Shown one piece after another: positions 12,273 to 24,018 of a DNA stretch of 64,000 nucleotides. The notes beneath the pieces are model-generated. The model saw nothing but the letters and a program-made list of their open reading frames with translations. It did no database searches and was not told the DNA's origin. Location of the stretch: NCBI RefSeq assembly GCF_018350175.1, contig NC_058373.1, positions 110,672,001 to 110,736,000 of the forward strand, read 5' to 3'. Positions within the stretch are counted from its first letter, which is position 1, and each line of letters begins with the position of its first letter. The translations under genes were made by a program, and so were the position numbers. The DNA is from Felis catus (lineage: Eukaryota).

Positions 12273-12429
12273 GCATGTATAGAGTATTCTTAGCTGCAGG
12301 TTTTTCCCATTCATCACTTTGAATATATCATGCCTCCTTTCTGGCTTGGAAAGTTTCTGCTGAAAAAGCTGCTGACAGCTTTATGGGGTTTCCTTTGTAT
12401 ATAACTGTCTTTATCTTGCTGCTTTTAAT

Positions 12430-12638
12430 ATTTTTTTTAAAGTTTACTTATTGTGAGAGAGAGACAGAAAGAGCATGAGAGTAGGGGAGGGACAGAGGGA
12501 GAGAGAGAAAATCTCAAGCAGGCTCTGTGTTGTCAGTGCAGAGCCTTACATGGAGCTCAATCCTGCAAATCATGAGATCATGACCCGAGCTAAAACCAAG
12601 AGACAGACACTTAACTGACTGAGCCACCCAGGTGCCCC
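12430..12638 (-). mobile_element. CAN-SINE inside L1
   Basis: Reverse head and tail; TSD aatattttt. Confidence 0.88.
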
Positions 12639-13025
12639 AATATTTTTTCCTTATCACTATATTTTGCCATTTTAATTATAATCTGTCTTGACATGGATCT
12701 GCTTTTATTGATTTTGTTGGGAGTTCTATGTGCTTCCTGGATCTGGATATCTGTTTCCTTCCTCATATTAAGGAAGTTTTCAGGTATTACTTCTTCAAAT
12801 AAATTCTCTGTCCCCTTTTCTCTGTCTTCTCCTTCTGGGACTCCTATAATACAAATGTTATTACATTTGATGGAGTCACTGGGTTTCCTAAGTCTATTCT
12901 TGTTTTGCATAATTCTTTTTTCTGTCTTTTGTTCAGCTTGATTACTTTCCATTACTGTCTTTGGCATCACTAATTCATTCCTCTGCTTCTTCTAGCCTGC
13001 TGTTCGTTCCATCAAGCATATTCTC

Positions 13026-13880
13026 AAATAATCAAATTTTTAAAAGGGCAAAGAATTTGAACAGGTATTATTCCAAGGAGGACATGAAATTGGCCATAAG
13101 CACATGAAAAAATGCTGAACGTTATTTGTCATTATGGAAATGCAAATCAAAACCACAATGAGATACCATTTTGTACCCACTGGGATGGCTATAAGCAAAA
13201 AGCCAGACAAAAACAAGTGTTGATGAGGATCTGGAATAATTAGAACCTTCACAACATTGCTGGTGGGGATGTAAAATGATGCAGCCACTTTGGAAAAAGG
13301 TTGTCTGTTCCTCAAAAAGTTAAGTATAGAATCACCTTATGACCTAGCAATTCTACTCTTAGACATATACCCAAGAGAATTGAAAACAGATGTTTCATAA
13401 ACACATGTACACAAATGTTCATAGAAATACCATTCATAATAGATTAAAAAAACTGGAACAACCCACATGTCTAACAATTGATGAATGGGTAAACAACATG
13501 TGGTATATCCATACAATGGAATATTATGCGGCCATAAAGAATGAAGCACTAATTCATGCTACAATGTGAATAAAGCTTAAAAACATTATGCTGTATGAAA
13601 GAAGCCAGACACAAAAAGCCACATATCCTGTGATTCCAATGGTGTGAGATGTCTAGAATAGGGCAATCCATAAAGACAAGGTAGATTAGTGGTTGCCAGA
13701 GGCTGAGGGGAGGAGGGAATGGTGAGTGACTGCTAACAGGCAGGATTTGATTTAGGGCTGATAAAAATGTGCATTAGGTAGTGTTAATGGTTATACATGA
13801 TGAATATACTATCCCTGAATTGTACACTTTAAAAGAGTGAATTTTATATTAAGTGACTTATATCTCAATTTAAAGAAAAG
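13026..13880 (+). mobile_element. Old L1 3' end (L1MB-like)
   Basis: gaaatgcaaatcaaaaccacaatgagatacca ... tgaattgtacactttaaaa..tatatctcaat. Confidence 0.85.
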
Positions 13881-13884
13881 AAGG

Positions 13885-14410
13885 AAATTGTGAGAAACTG
13901 CCACATGATGACTAAATGTAATGTAATATAGGGGCGCCTGGGTGGCTCAGTCGGTTAAACGTCCGACTTCGGCTCAGGTCATGATCTCATGGTCTGTGAG
14001 TTCAAGCCCCGCGTTGGGCTCTGTGCTGACAGCTCAGAGCCTGGAGCCTGCTTCACATTCTGTGTCTCCCTCTCTCTGCCCCTCCCCCACTCATGCTCTG
14101 TCTCTGTCTCTCTCTCTCAAAAATTAATAAACATTAAGAAAAATTTAAATGTAATGTAATATCTTGGAAAGAATCCTGAAATAGAAAAAGGACATTAGGA
14201 AGAGATTAAGGAAATCTTAATAAGGTGTGGATTGTAGTTAATAGTAATGTATCAGTATTGGTTCATTAATTGTGGCAAATATACCATACTAATGTAAGAT
14301 GTTAATAATAGGGGAAACCGGGTATAAGGTATACAGGAATTCTCTATGTTATCTTTGCAATTTTTCTTTAAATTTAAAATTGTCCTAAAATAAAAATTTG
14401 ATTTAAAAAA
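13885..14410 (+). mobile_element. L1MC/MD-like 3' UTR fragment
   Basis: ccatactaatgtaagatgttaataataggggaaac..tctttgcaatttttc..ctaaaataaaa. Confidence 0.7.
13931..14146 (+). mobile_element. CAN-SINE
   Basis: 16-bp TSD aaatgtaatgtaatat (13914-13929 and 14147-14162). Confidence 0.93.
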
Positions 14411-15649
14411 TGTTCAGCAGATACCTCTGTAGGATTCTGATACGTGGGCACAGAGATGAACAACATGCTGTCCTCTATGCAAGTTGCTCTCTGGGCATCA
14501 GGGGAAAGATAAGACAAATACAGGTTCAAAAAGGAGACTGGATGTCAAAAATCAAGAAAAACAGTGCACTAGAGCTTAAGGGAGAGAGCCCATCAGGTGG
14601 AGGCAGTGAGAGGTGGGCACAGAGATGGGTCTTGAAGACGTAAGGGGTCTGGATAGGCAGACAGGGGTGGAGCGTACCAGGGAATGCTTCCAGGGGTTCT
14701 CACGGCGCTCACACCTGGAAACTGCGGGGCCATGAGGCCTCGTGTCGTTGAGCTGGACCACGGGGTTGGTTCAGGAATAGTGAGGACTTCTCCGTTACAC
14801 AGGAAGATGAGGTCTTGTTGCTTAGCCTTCTGCTGGTGACTGCAGAATTCTTTTCTTTTGGTCTTTGTTTTAAAGCTGCCTGCTCCAGGGATCTAGAGCA
14901 TCTGAAACATCACTATTGCAGGATTCAGCCTGCCCAACCCTATCATCCTATTTTGGACTTCGTTTATGGCATTCTGATCGCCCAGCTGATTTTTATGCAA
15001 AGTAAGAAAAATAAACTTGACTCCTCCGGGGCCATTTTCATTCACCCCTCCTGCCTCTGAACAAGTTTCAGGTTGCAGAAAGCAAGCAGTTTCAGGGAAC
15101 CGAGAGCACAGGGTGAACTCTCCCCTGTTGTATTTGCAGATCGTCTCCAGAGCGGTCTGTGTCTTGCAGCGGGCTCATGTTGTTCTTTGTCTCTGAGTTT
15201 GGGCACATGCTGGTGGCCTTCTCTCTGGGGGTGACACCTGAGGCAGTCCAGGTGAGCTGTGCCAAGGGCCTCAGTGTCCAAGACCTCTTCCTTTGCACCC
15301 TGGCCTTCCTCCTCCTCCTTGTACAGAAGGATTTGTTCTCATTTCCTTTACTTCTCCTGCCTCTAACCCAGCTGCCTAAGCCGAGCAAAGAGAGAATGCC
15401 CTGCGCCGAGGGCCTCAGCCCTCACCCTGAGAAGTCAGGCCACACTGAAACCTGGCACAAGAGTGGCCACCCGAGCCTAGGACCTTGAGGGGGCTCACCT
15501 CTCCTGCCTTCACTGGCCAGCGTCAGAACACTGGAGCTATTTAAAATCAAAATTTTAGCTATTTTAAATCAAAATCTATTTGTGGATGCCCCATATCAGT
15601 CCATACTTCTTAGAATTGCTTTGTAATGACATCAGCCCTCCTCCCCCTA

Positions 15650-16470
15650 ATGTACACAAGTAAACCTCGTTTGGTGTAAAACAAAAACCCTTAGAAAACA
15701 CAAAGAAACACAAAACCTTAGAAAAGCACAGAGAGGAGGAAAAAAAAAAACCTTATCGCCAATGTTTTGTGAATCCGCTTCCAGTCATCCGTGTGCACAT
15801 ACGCACAGACGAAAACCGGGTCGTGCCGTGTGCCGTTGTCCGCACCCCGCCTTCTTCCCATGGTAATGCATGGTGCACATTCTCCTACAGCAGCCAATAC
15901 TCAGCTGAAATATTTTTTTTAAATGTTTATTTCAAGACAGCATGAGCAGGGTAGGGGCAGAGAGAGGGAGAGAAAGAATCCCAAGAAGGCTGTGTGCTCA
16001 GTGGAGAGCCTGATGCAGAGTTCAATCCCATGACCATGAGATCATGACCTGAGCTGAAATCAAGAGTTGGACGCTTGACTGACTGAGCCAGGCAGGTGCC
16101 CCTAAAATATGATTTTCATTGCCCTGTAGTAGTCTGTGGTATGAATCTGTCATTGTATCCTTGCCCAATCCCTTATGTTATTTTATACGTACTTTATCAC
16201 TCAAACTGATGGTGGTTTTCTCAGGATAAAGCCCAGCAATGATATTGCTGCATCAAAGAGCACACTCATCCTCCAGACCTTATTATTACCCAATCTCCTC
16301 CGGGAAGCTGGTCCCAAAGCACACGACCTCCATCTCTGTGTGAGAATCCTCACTGGGGCATTATCACTTCTTTGAATCATTGCGAATTCTGTGGCAGTGA
16401 AAGATAGATTTGTATGTTCATTCTAGTTTGTACTTCCAAATAAGAGTAGGGGTGAATACCTCTTCACATC
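15650..16470 (-). mobile_element. Old L1 (L1ME-like) fragment
   Basis: Degenerate reverse 3'-UTR/ORF2-end signatures (ccaatcccttat.., gggtgaatacctcttcacat). Confidence 0.45.
15912..16102 (-). mobile_element. CAN-SINE
   Basis: Reverse head and tail. Confidence 0.88.
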
Positions 16471-17079
16471 GCATCTCCTTTCCTGATTTATCACAGGAAT
16501 CATAATATAAGAAATGCCTGTTTCTTGGAGTAAATGCATTTCCCAGCCCAAGGTACTATATTAAGGTATTATAGATAATAAAAGTAACAGCGCCTTGTTA
16601 TAAATTCTGGGTGAAGGCCAATGGTCTCTCGGTGTTTCTTCTTAATTGATAAAATTCAGTCGTCCGTCTTTTAGCTCAGAATCTTAAAATGCTTTCCAGA
16701 TCCCAGGTAAACTTGTTAAAACACTTTTTAGGTACTTGTTTGTAGGAGTTCTAATCTGCCTCAGCAACTCCTGACCCTCCAGCCTCACCTCCAGTCTGAG
16801 AGTGATGAGAGCAAACCAGTCTGAACTCAGGTACCTGGTTATTTACCTAACTTATACACTTTGCTTATTTTTTTATTATTGGACTCTATTTTGATCTTTG
16901 TATTATTGATTTGTCATTCTTTGAAGAAATTGCAAATGGCCCTATGAAGAAACCAGGTTACAGAAAAGCTGAATATAGTGAGATCCCATGTGTCTAAAAC
17001 ACACATATATTTATAGAAAGTCTGGAAGGAAATAACTAAATTATTAACAATTCTGCCTGAGAAGTAGGATTGTGAGTGA

Positions 17080-17309
17080 TTTTTCTTTTCTTTTTCTTTT
17101 TTTTTTTAAGTTTATTTATTTATTTTGAGAGAGACAGAGTGCCAGTGAGGGAGGAGAAGAGAGAGAGGGAGGCAGAGAAGCCCAGGCAGGGCTCCACACT
17201 GTCAGCATGGAGCCCGATGCAGGGCCTGAACCCGTGAAACCATCGAGATCATGACTTGAGCTGAAACCAAAAGTCGGACACTTAACTGACGGAGCCACCC
17301 AGGCACCCC
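17080..17309 (-). mobile_element. CAN-SINE
   Basis: Reverse head and tail; tga(g/a)tgatttttctt flanks. Confidence 0.88.
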
Positions 17310-17449
17310 ATGAATGATTTTTCTTTAAACATTTTTGCTTACGTGTACTTTCTATTTTTTTACAATAGATTAAAAAATAGCGTCCCCAATTTCTTGCATA
17401 GTGGTGACATCTAACAGCCACCCCCATCGGGCAGCACACAGAGACATCA

Positions 17450-17950
17450 AAAGGCGTCAAAAGATGAGCAAACAATGTGAGTAGGTAATTAGCCACAGAA
17501 GGAGAAGCACAAATGGCCAATATGAAGAGGTATTTCTTCTCACTACTCGTTGGATGTCTAGTTAGAACATATGATTCCATTTTCACCTATAGAATTAGCA
17601 AAGATTTCAAGAAATGACAATGTCTAATGTTGGCAGGAGGCTGGAGAAGTAGGCATTCTCACACACTGACGGGGAATATACTCTGGAAATCAATTTGGCA
17701 GGAGCATATTACTTTTTGAACATGTCTGTGTACTTGTATATGCATTTAGGGCTGATTCAAATGTCAGGTTCCTTCATGTCAATCTGTGGTGATTTGAGAC
17801 TTAATGAGGGATGGAGCTATATCATTTCATCCAGCCCTGTGACCAGAGAGATACTTCAGAAGTGCTTTGGAGGGTGATTATGATATTGATAAATAGTTTA
17901 GCACCCTGAATGTACAAGCAGTCGTCAGTCATTGACGGAAAGCCTACTCA
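17450..17950 (+). mobile_element. Old L1 (L1ME-like) ORF2-end fragment
   Basis: ccattttcacctatagaattagcaaagatt..aatgttggcaggagg..gcattctcacacactg. Confidence 0.6.
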
Positions 17951-18436
17951 GCAGTCAGTGCCTTGCTAGATCTATGAGGGATTCAAGAAGAATAAGGTGG
18001 GGTTCCTGTTCTCACAGCTGAACTCCAGAGTCAGGACAAAGCTCAGTCCAAAATGGGGAAGTGTGCAGGTAAGCTCGATTGTGAAGTAGAAACTTAAGGG
18101 CTCAGCAATCCGCCAGCTCATAATCATCCTTGCAGAAATAGCGAGGACCCTGGGGAGGAGGAGCTCCTGTTTCATTTTCCCTGCTCACTCCATCTTCCTC
18201 CCGCACTGATGCTTTGGTGAACACATAGTTGATGAGGGAAAGTTTCTGTGTCGAAATATTCCAGGTGATAAATGTAGAAGGAACGATAGCATTAGAATCT
18301 TACGATCTTGCAAAACGTCCGTGGAATAGTGGGTTTAGGCACTGATTGCCGGTGGTGGTTAACATTGTGAGGGACATCTAGTCATCAAGTGCCGCCAATG
18401 GGAATATGAAACACTACCTATGAAACGTTCTTGCAT

Positions 18437-18636
18437 GGGTGCCTGGGTGGCTCAGTTGGTTAAGCGTCCCACTTCAGCTCAGGTCATGATCTCATGGTTC
18501 ATGTGTTCCAGCCCGGTATCAGGCTCTGCACTGACAGCACAGAGCCTGGAGCCTGCTTCGGATTCTGTGTCTCCCTCTCTCTCTCTCTCTGCCCCACCCC
18601 TGATTGTGCTCTCTCTCTCAAAAATAAATGTAAAAA

Positions 18637-18683
<47 letters not shown>
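18437..18683 (+). mobile_element. CAN-SINE with (GAAA)n tail
   Basis: Head, CT tract, tail expanded into a GAAA microsatellite. Confidence 0.9.
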
Positions 18684-18685
<2 letters not shown>

Positions 18686-18985
18686 TCCTGCCAAACCGCT
18701 CTCCCCAACCCCCCCCCCAAAAAACAAAACCCAAATCAGATTGAGCCTCTAAATCTAACATTTGATTTATGGGAAATTCAGGGGAGGAGCAACATGTTAA
18801 ATAATACTAGAGGAATTCAATCAGAAAAATCCAAAATGGGGTAACTCTATGGAAAAATGTACCTTATTTTTCAACAAGTAACAAGGAGGAAGAAAGGAGG
18901 GAAGAGGAAACTTTAGGTTAAAACTTTAGGCATATCACTCAAATGCAGTATGTGGACCTTGCTTGGATCCTGATTTAAACAAACC

Positions 18986-19206
18986 AATTATTAAATATAT
19001 ATAAAAAATTATTAAATTAAATTAATTATAAATATAATTAATTAATTATAAATTAATATTTATAAATTATAAATTTATTTTAAATTTATTTTAAATTTAT
19101 AAAAAATAAAATAAATTATAAATTATATTAAATTAAATATATATTAAATTATTTAATTAAATTAAATATATTAAATTAAATTATTAAATATATATATATA
19201 TAAAAT
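18986..19206. repeat. 221-bp pure A/T low-complexity tract
   Basis: No G or C between these coordinates. Confidence 0.95.
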
Positions 19207-20249
19207 CATGGCAATTTACTACTAAGGGGGCTATCTGATATTAAGGAATTATTGGTGAATCTGTCAGACATAACAATGTTGCTGTGGTTTTGTAAGCCCT
19301 CCACCACCCCGCTTTTTAGAGACATAAACTTAAATATTTACAGATGGAAAAAAGAAGAAAGGCTGGCGATGGAAAGGGAGATGAGAATAAATGAGTAGGT
19401 ATTAATTCTCCTGAACTACCGGATGTGATTGCAGGTTGACTGGGGAGTGTGACACCCTCTTCCCCGATCCTTTCCCTCTGCCACAAGCCCCGACTAAAGC
19501 ATGCCTGAGACTGTCAACTGAACAAAATGTGCCCTCGAGAAAAAGAACACACTAGCAAAATGCAGTACTTCCATCACGTGCAGAAACCTGGAATCCGCTT
19601 CAGACCGTGCCCGCAGCGGCCGTCAGGCCTCCCGCGGATCCGGCTGATAGCACACTTCCTGCTTCAGGGACTGTGTTCTTTTGTGTGGCTTCTCTGAGCC
19701 CACCGCCTGGATAAATCTGCTGCTTTCTACCCAGACACTGTTGCTTCACTTGGAAATAATTATCTCCTTCTCCACATGCACCCTGTTCCCTTCACCCACA
19801 TCCCTTATCATGCCATGATAATCACACACTGAAGCAGATGTAAAAGGCACAAATGGAGCATTTGCTTGACGACTCGAGAGCCTTGTGTCATTGCACACAA
19901 AGAAGAAAGTGAGGAGGAGCCCTATCTGCCATCGCAGGACTCACACTGGAACATGTACCCATTAAAGAACAATTGAGTGGATTTTTTAGAGCTAGAATTT
20001 TTTTCCCCCATTAGTTCTCGCAGCAAACCAGGAAGAGTGGTAGTTATAGTTGCTGGCTTTTCAAGCCAGGACCCTAAGATACAGAGCTGTTGTTACCAGT
20101 CTAGAATTATGTTTGTCTTGTGAAATCGTTTGTGAATCCACAAATAATTACTGCGCACCTGCTGGGCCAGGTTCTGAGAATATTACTCCCATTACGAGGC
20201 AGACATGGTCTGTGCTTCTCCACATGCTGGAGCTTCTCTGGGCAGAGGG

Positions 20250-20900
20250 TGGAACGAGAGGGAGTCAGCAGGGACTGACTAGATGGTTTGAGCTTTGTAG
20301 GTTGTAGGGATTTTGTCTGATTGGATGGGAATCCGGTGGAGGGTTGTAGGCAAAGGAGTGACACGATCCAATTTATGTTTGAAAAGATTATTCTGGCTCC
20401 TGTGTGGAAGACGGGCTGAGGTTAGGGTTGGAGGGATGGAGAATAGAGGCTGGAGGTCAATTAGAGATTACAGAGGTGGCCCAGGAGAGGGAAGGTGGTA
20501 AGCTGGACCAGGGATGGATTCCGGATAAGGTAGAGTTGGCAGGATTTGCTGATGGATTGGCTGTTGGGGAAGGGAAGAAAGAGAGCAAGGAAGTCTCTAA
20601 AGTTTTTGGCCTGAGCAATTGGGTGTTTGGTATTTCCATAGGGCAGAATGGATGAAAAACAGGTTGAGGGAGAAATCTTCACTTCTATTTTTGGACTGTT
20701 AACTTTGAGACGTCAATCAGTCATCCCTGTGGAGTTGAGTTGGCATTTGGATAGAGAGATCTGGAGTTCTGGGGAGAGACCTGAGGTGGAAATACAGATT
20801 TGGGAGTCAATGGCTCTCAGATTGGTTAAGATTACCTAAGGAGAGTGAAGATAGAGAAGACAAAGGACACTCTACATGTAAGGGGGCAGAGGAGGAGCAA
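20250..20900 (-). mobile_element. L2 fragment
   Basis: aaggtagagttggcaggatttgctgatggattgg..gtttttggcctgagcaattggg..gatttgggagtc. Confidence 0.75.
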
Positions 20901-21823
20901 ACAAAACGCAGCAAATCCCTTACGTGCTCCAGCAGCTCACCCCGCCTTCAGAATGTGCCACAAGCTAGTGAGGTACGAAGAAACACATGACGGAGAGAAG
21001 TCATAGTAGACAAGAGAAAAGAGCCTGCCATGAAGTAGGGGTGGCAGCTGGGCAGAAATGCTGCAGGACGAACTGGTACGATAATAACAGAGGTGACTGC
21101 CAGGGTTGGGAACATAGAAGTCAACTGTGTGGGCTCCAAGTGTGGTGCCCCCTTGATGAGGGAGCCCTCTGCCAGAGTTCTTGTAGCAACAGAAAAAGGA
21201 AACCATGATTGGTCAAACTCTGGCAGAGTTTGTCGTGAAGGGAAAGGAAGAAATGGCGCAGGAGCTAGGGGAAGATGTGCTGTCAAGGAGGTGAAGCTTT
21301 AGTGTTGGGTTGTTTGGATCTTTGGCTTTTAGAGATCCGAGGTAATAGAACGAGTCTGTGCTGACACAGGGCAAACTGATGATTCAGGAGAGAGAGAAGG
21401 GATACTTGTAGGAGGTGAGAACCGAAGGTTGGGAAGCGTAGGTTGGGGGTTGCCCTTAGAGAGAAGAGACATCTGTCATCACAGCAGGGAAAGCAGAAGG
21501 TGTGACATTCTTTTTCCAAGTCTCTTTGACGCTCAGAGGCCCCTTGTGTGTGCAACACTTGAGCAAGGCCCGCTCTCTGAATTGTCAGTAGAGGAAATCA
21601 GAGACCAAAAATTCTCAGCCCAGAGGAGTGCATATAGCTAATGATGGACTTTCAGACACCACACTGGAAAGACATAGCTGGGCTGTGAAGAGTGTCTTCT
21701 TGGTTTCCCTGAAGCCACACTTTTTGGGTGATCAAGACTGGCCATGGAAGTTGCATCATTTTTTCCCATAGGATCCCTTAACCAAGTCATGAGTCCTCAA
21801 GCATTAAAAGGAATAGCACCTGA

Positions 21824-22058
21824 GGGGCGCCTGGGTGGCTCAGTCGGTTAAGCGGCGGACGTCAGCTCAGGTCATGATCTTGTGGTCCGTGAGTTCGAGC
21901 CCTGCGTCGGGCTCTGTGCTGACAGCTCAGAGCCTGGAGCCTGTTTCGGATTCTGTGTCTCCCTCTCTCTCTGACCCTCCCCCATTCATGCTCTGTCTCT
22001 CTCTGTCTCAAAAATAAATAAACGTTAAAAAAAAAAATTAAAAAAAAAAAAAAAAAAA
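21824..22058 (+). mobile_element. Young felid CAN-SINE
   Basis: Perfect 18-bp TSD aaaaggaatagcacctga (21806-21823 and 22055-22072), long A tail. Confidence 0.95.
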
Positions 22059-22100
22059 GGAATAGCACCTGAGCCCTGAGCTGGCTTCACCTCTGTAGGT

Positions 22101-22340
22101 CTTTTTATTTTTTTTATTAAAAAAATTTTTTTTATTAGTTTTCTTCATTTTTGAGAGGCAGAGAGAGACAGAGCGCATGTGGGGGAGGGGCAGAGAGAGA
22201 GGGAGACACAGAATCCGAAGCGGGCTCCAGGCTCTGAGCTGTCAGCACAGAGCCCAATGTGGGGCCCGAACTCACGAACTATGAGATCATGACCTGAGCC
22301 GAAGTCGGATGCTCAGCCGACGAAGCCACCCAGGCGCCCC
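22101..22340 (-). mobile_element. CAN-SINE
   Basis: Reverse head and tail, tail-to-tail with the previous SINE. Confidence 0.92.
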
Positions 22341-22619
22341 ACCTGTAGAATTTATTTTGTGCCCTGGGGTTGTATTTTAAGACTAAGTTCATTGCCCTTT
22401 TAGAATTGACTCCCAGGGGAAAGATTGTGTCTCCCAAAAATTTACTGTAAGTACTTTCATGAGGAAACAAGAATATTTGACCAATCGTGGTTTCCTTTTT
22501 CTTTTGCTACAAGAACTCTCAGAAATCAATGTAATGCTTGATCACAAGAACTTAGAGTTTTGACCTCTTAGGTTTTTGTTTTCTATTTTTATATCTTTTC
22601 TTTTGTTTCATTTTTTATT

Positions 22620-23180
22620 ATTTTTTTTACTTTGAAATAATAACAGATTCACATGCAGTTTTAAGAAATAATACCAAGGGATCCTGTGAACTCTTTGCCT
22701 GGTTTCTCCCAATGGTGACATCTTACAAAACTATAGTACAGTTTCACAACCAGATATTGGTATTGATTCAGTCAAGATACAGAACATTCCATCTCTCCAA
22801 GAATGCATGATGCTGCCCTTTTATAGCCACTGTCCTCTGTCCCCACCGTCCCCTTAACCTTTGGTAATTGCTAACCTGTTCTCCATTTCTATAGTTTTGT
22901 CATTTCAAGAATGTTATATATATTATGTAACTTTTGGGGATTGGCTTTTTTTCACTCAACATAGTTTTCTGGAAATTCATTCAAGTTGTTGCATGTGTCA
23001 GTGATTTGCTCCTTTGTGGATGAGTAGTACTCTGTGACGTGGATGTAACACAGTTTATTTAATTCATCCTTTGAAGGGCATCGGGGTCATTTCCAGTTTG
23101 GAGACTATCACCAATAAGGCTGCTACAAACATTCATGTACAGATTTTGGTGTGAATGTGAGTTTTCACTTTTCTGAGCTT
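22620..23180 (-). mobile_element. Old L1 3' end (L1MB/MC-like)
   Basis: ctaacctgttctccatttctatagttttgtcatttcaagaatgttatat..ttccagtttggagacta..aataaggctgctacaaacattcatgtaca. Confidence 0.8.
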
Positions 23181-23871
23181 CTATCTTTTCTAGTGAATCG
23201 TATTAGGTCTTTTTCTGTGAATGAATAGTATATAATCATCAATAAACAAAGGCCATCTACTTTCTTCTTCGTGATTGCTATTAGCATGCTATTACCCTCT
23301 ATCTTCACAGCTTCCCAGTCTCTGACTCCTCTCGTGGGCTGGAAAAAAGCAGATGAAAGTTGGAAGAGTTACGTAGCATGTTTGTGGGTCAAGTGGAGCC
23401 TGGGTTCTGGTGTATGGTCTCAACTCCTGGCTTTTATATGAAAGCTGCTGCAGTTCTTAAGATACAGTTTATTTTTATTCTTCTCTCCAGGATTCTGGAC
23501 TCTAGCAACCATGTTGGTTTCAAGTGGCTTGTGTAGAACAGGCTCAGAGATGTGGTTGAGCATTCTTTCATGTAGGTAGGCCATCAAAACAAAAGTCCTA
23601 AAGGAGATGGAAGCACAGTTGACCCCCTAGCCCCACTTCAGGCTGGGTGTAAGATTTGAAATTAAGATAATCACTTCATGGAACCATGGTTTATACCATC
23701 TCTGCTGAAAAGAATGCTGGATTCAAAGAAAGAGACAGAATGAATCCACCATGAAACCCAACCCAATATTTTTGTTGAAGCCACGTCTGATAGACCATCG
23801 ATGGAGGAATGAAGGATGGGAAAGCACGTGCACCAGTTCATTTTCTAGAACGGTCTAAAGTGACACATACA

Positions 23872-24018
23872 GGGGTGCCTGGGTGGCTCAGTCAGTTATG
23901 GGTCTGACTCTTGATCTCAGTTCCGGTCTTGATCTTGGGGTCATGAGTTCAAGCCCTGTGTTGCACTCTGCGCTGGGTGCGAAGCCTACTTAATAAATAA
24001 TAGGTAAATAAATAATAA
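23872..24018 (+). mobile_element. Short CAN-SINE lacking the CT tract
   Basis: TSD taaagtgacacataca. Confidence 0.85.

Larger units (their letters stand above)
9087..13025 (-). mobile_element. Degenerate carnivore-type L1 (part of ORF1, endonuclease and N-terminal RT of ORF2)
   Basis: Minus-strand peptides ENLFEEVIPENF (ORF1), [48 protein letters not shown] (ORF2); stops, frameshifts and five SINE insertions. Confidence 0.93.
18200..19350 (+). mobile_element. L1MC4/5-like 3' UTR, interrupted by a SINE and an A/T tract
   Basis: gagcctctaaatctaac..aatcagaaaaatccaaaatg..aaatgcagtatgtggaccttgcttggatcctgatttaaacaaacc. Confidence 0.65.

Noticed and set aside
9232..12970. ORFs with endonuclease, RT and ORF1 similarity
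   Set aside because: Broken pieces of one dead L1 with stops, frameshifts and SINE insertions
21824..21905. tRNA-like A and B boxes here and in other SINE heads
   Set aside because: SINE-derived; no intact cloverleaf, so not tRNA genes
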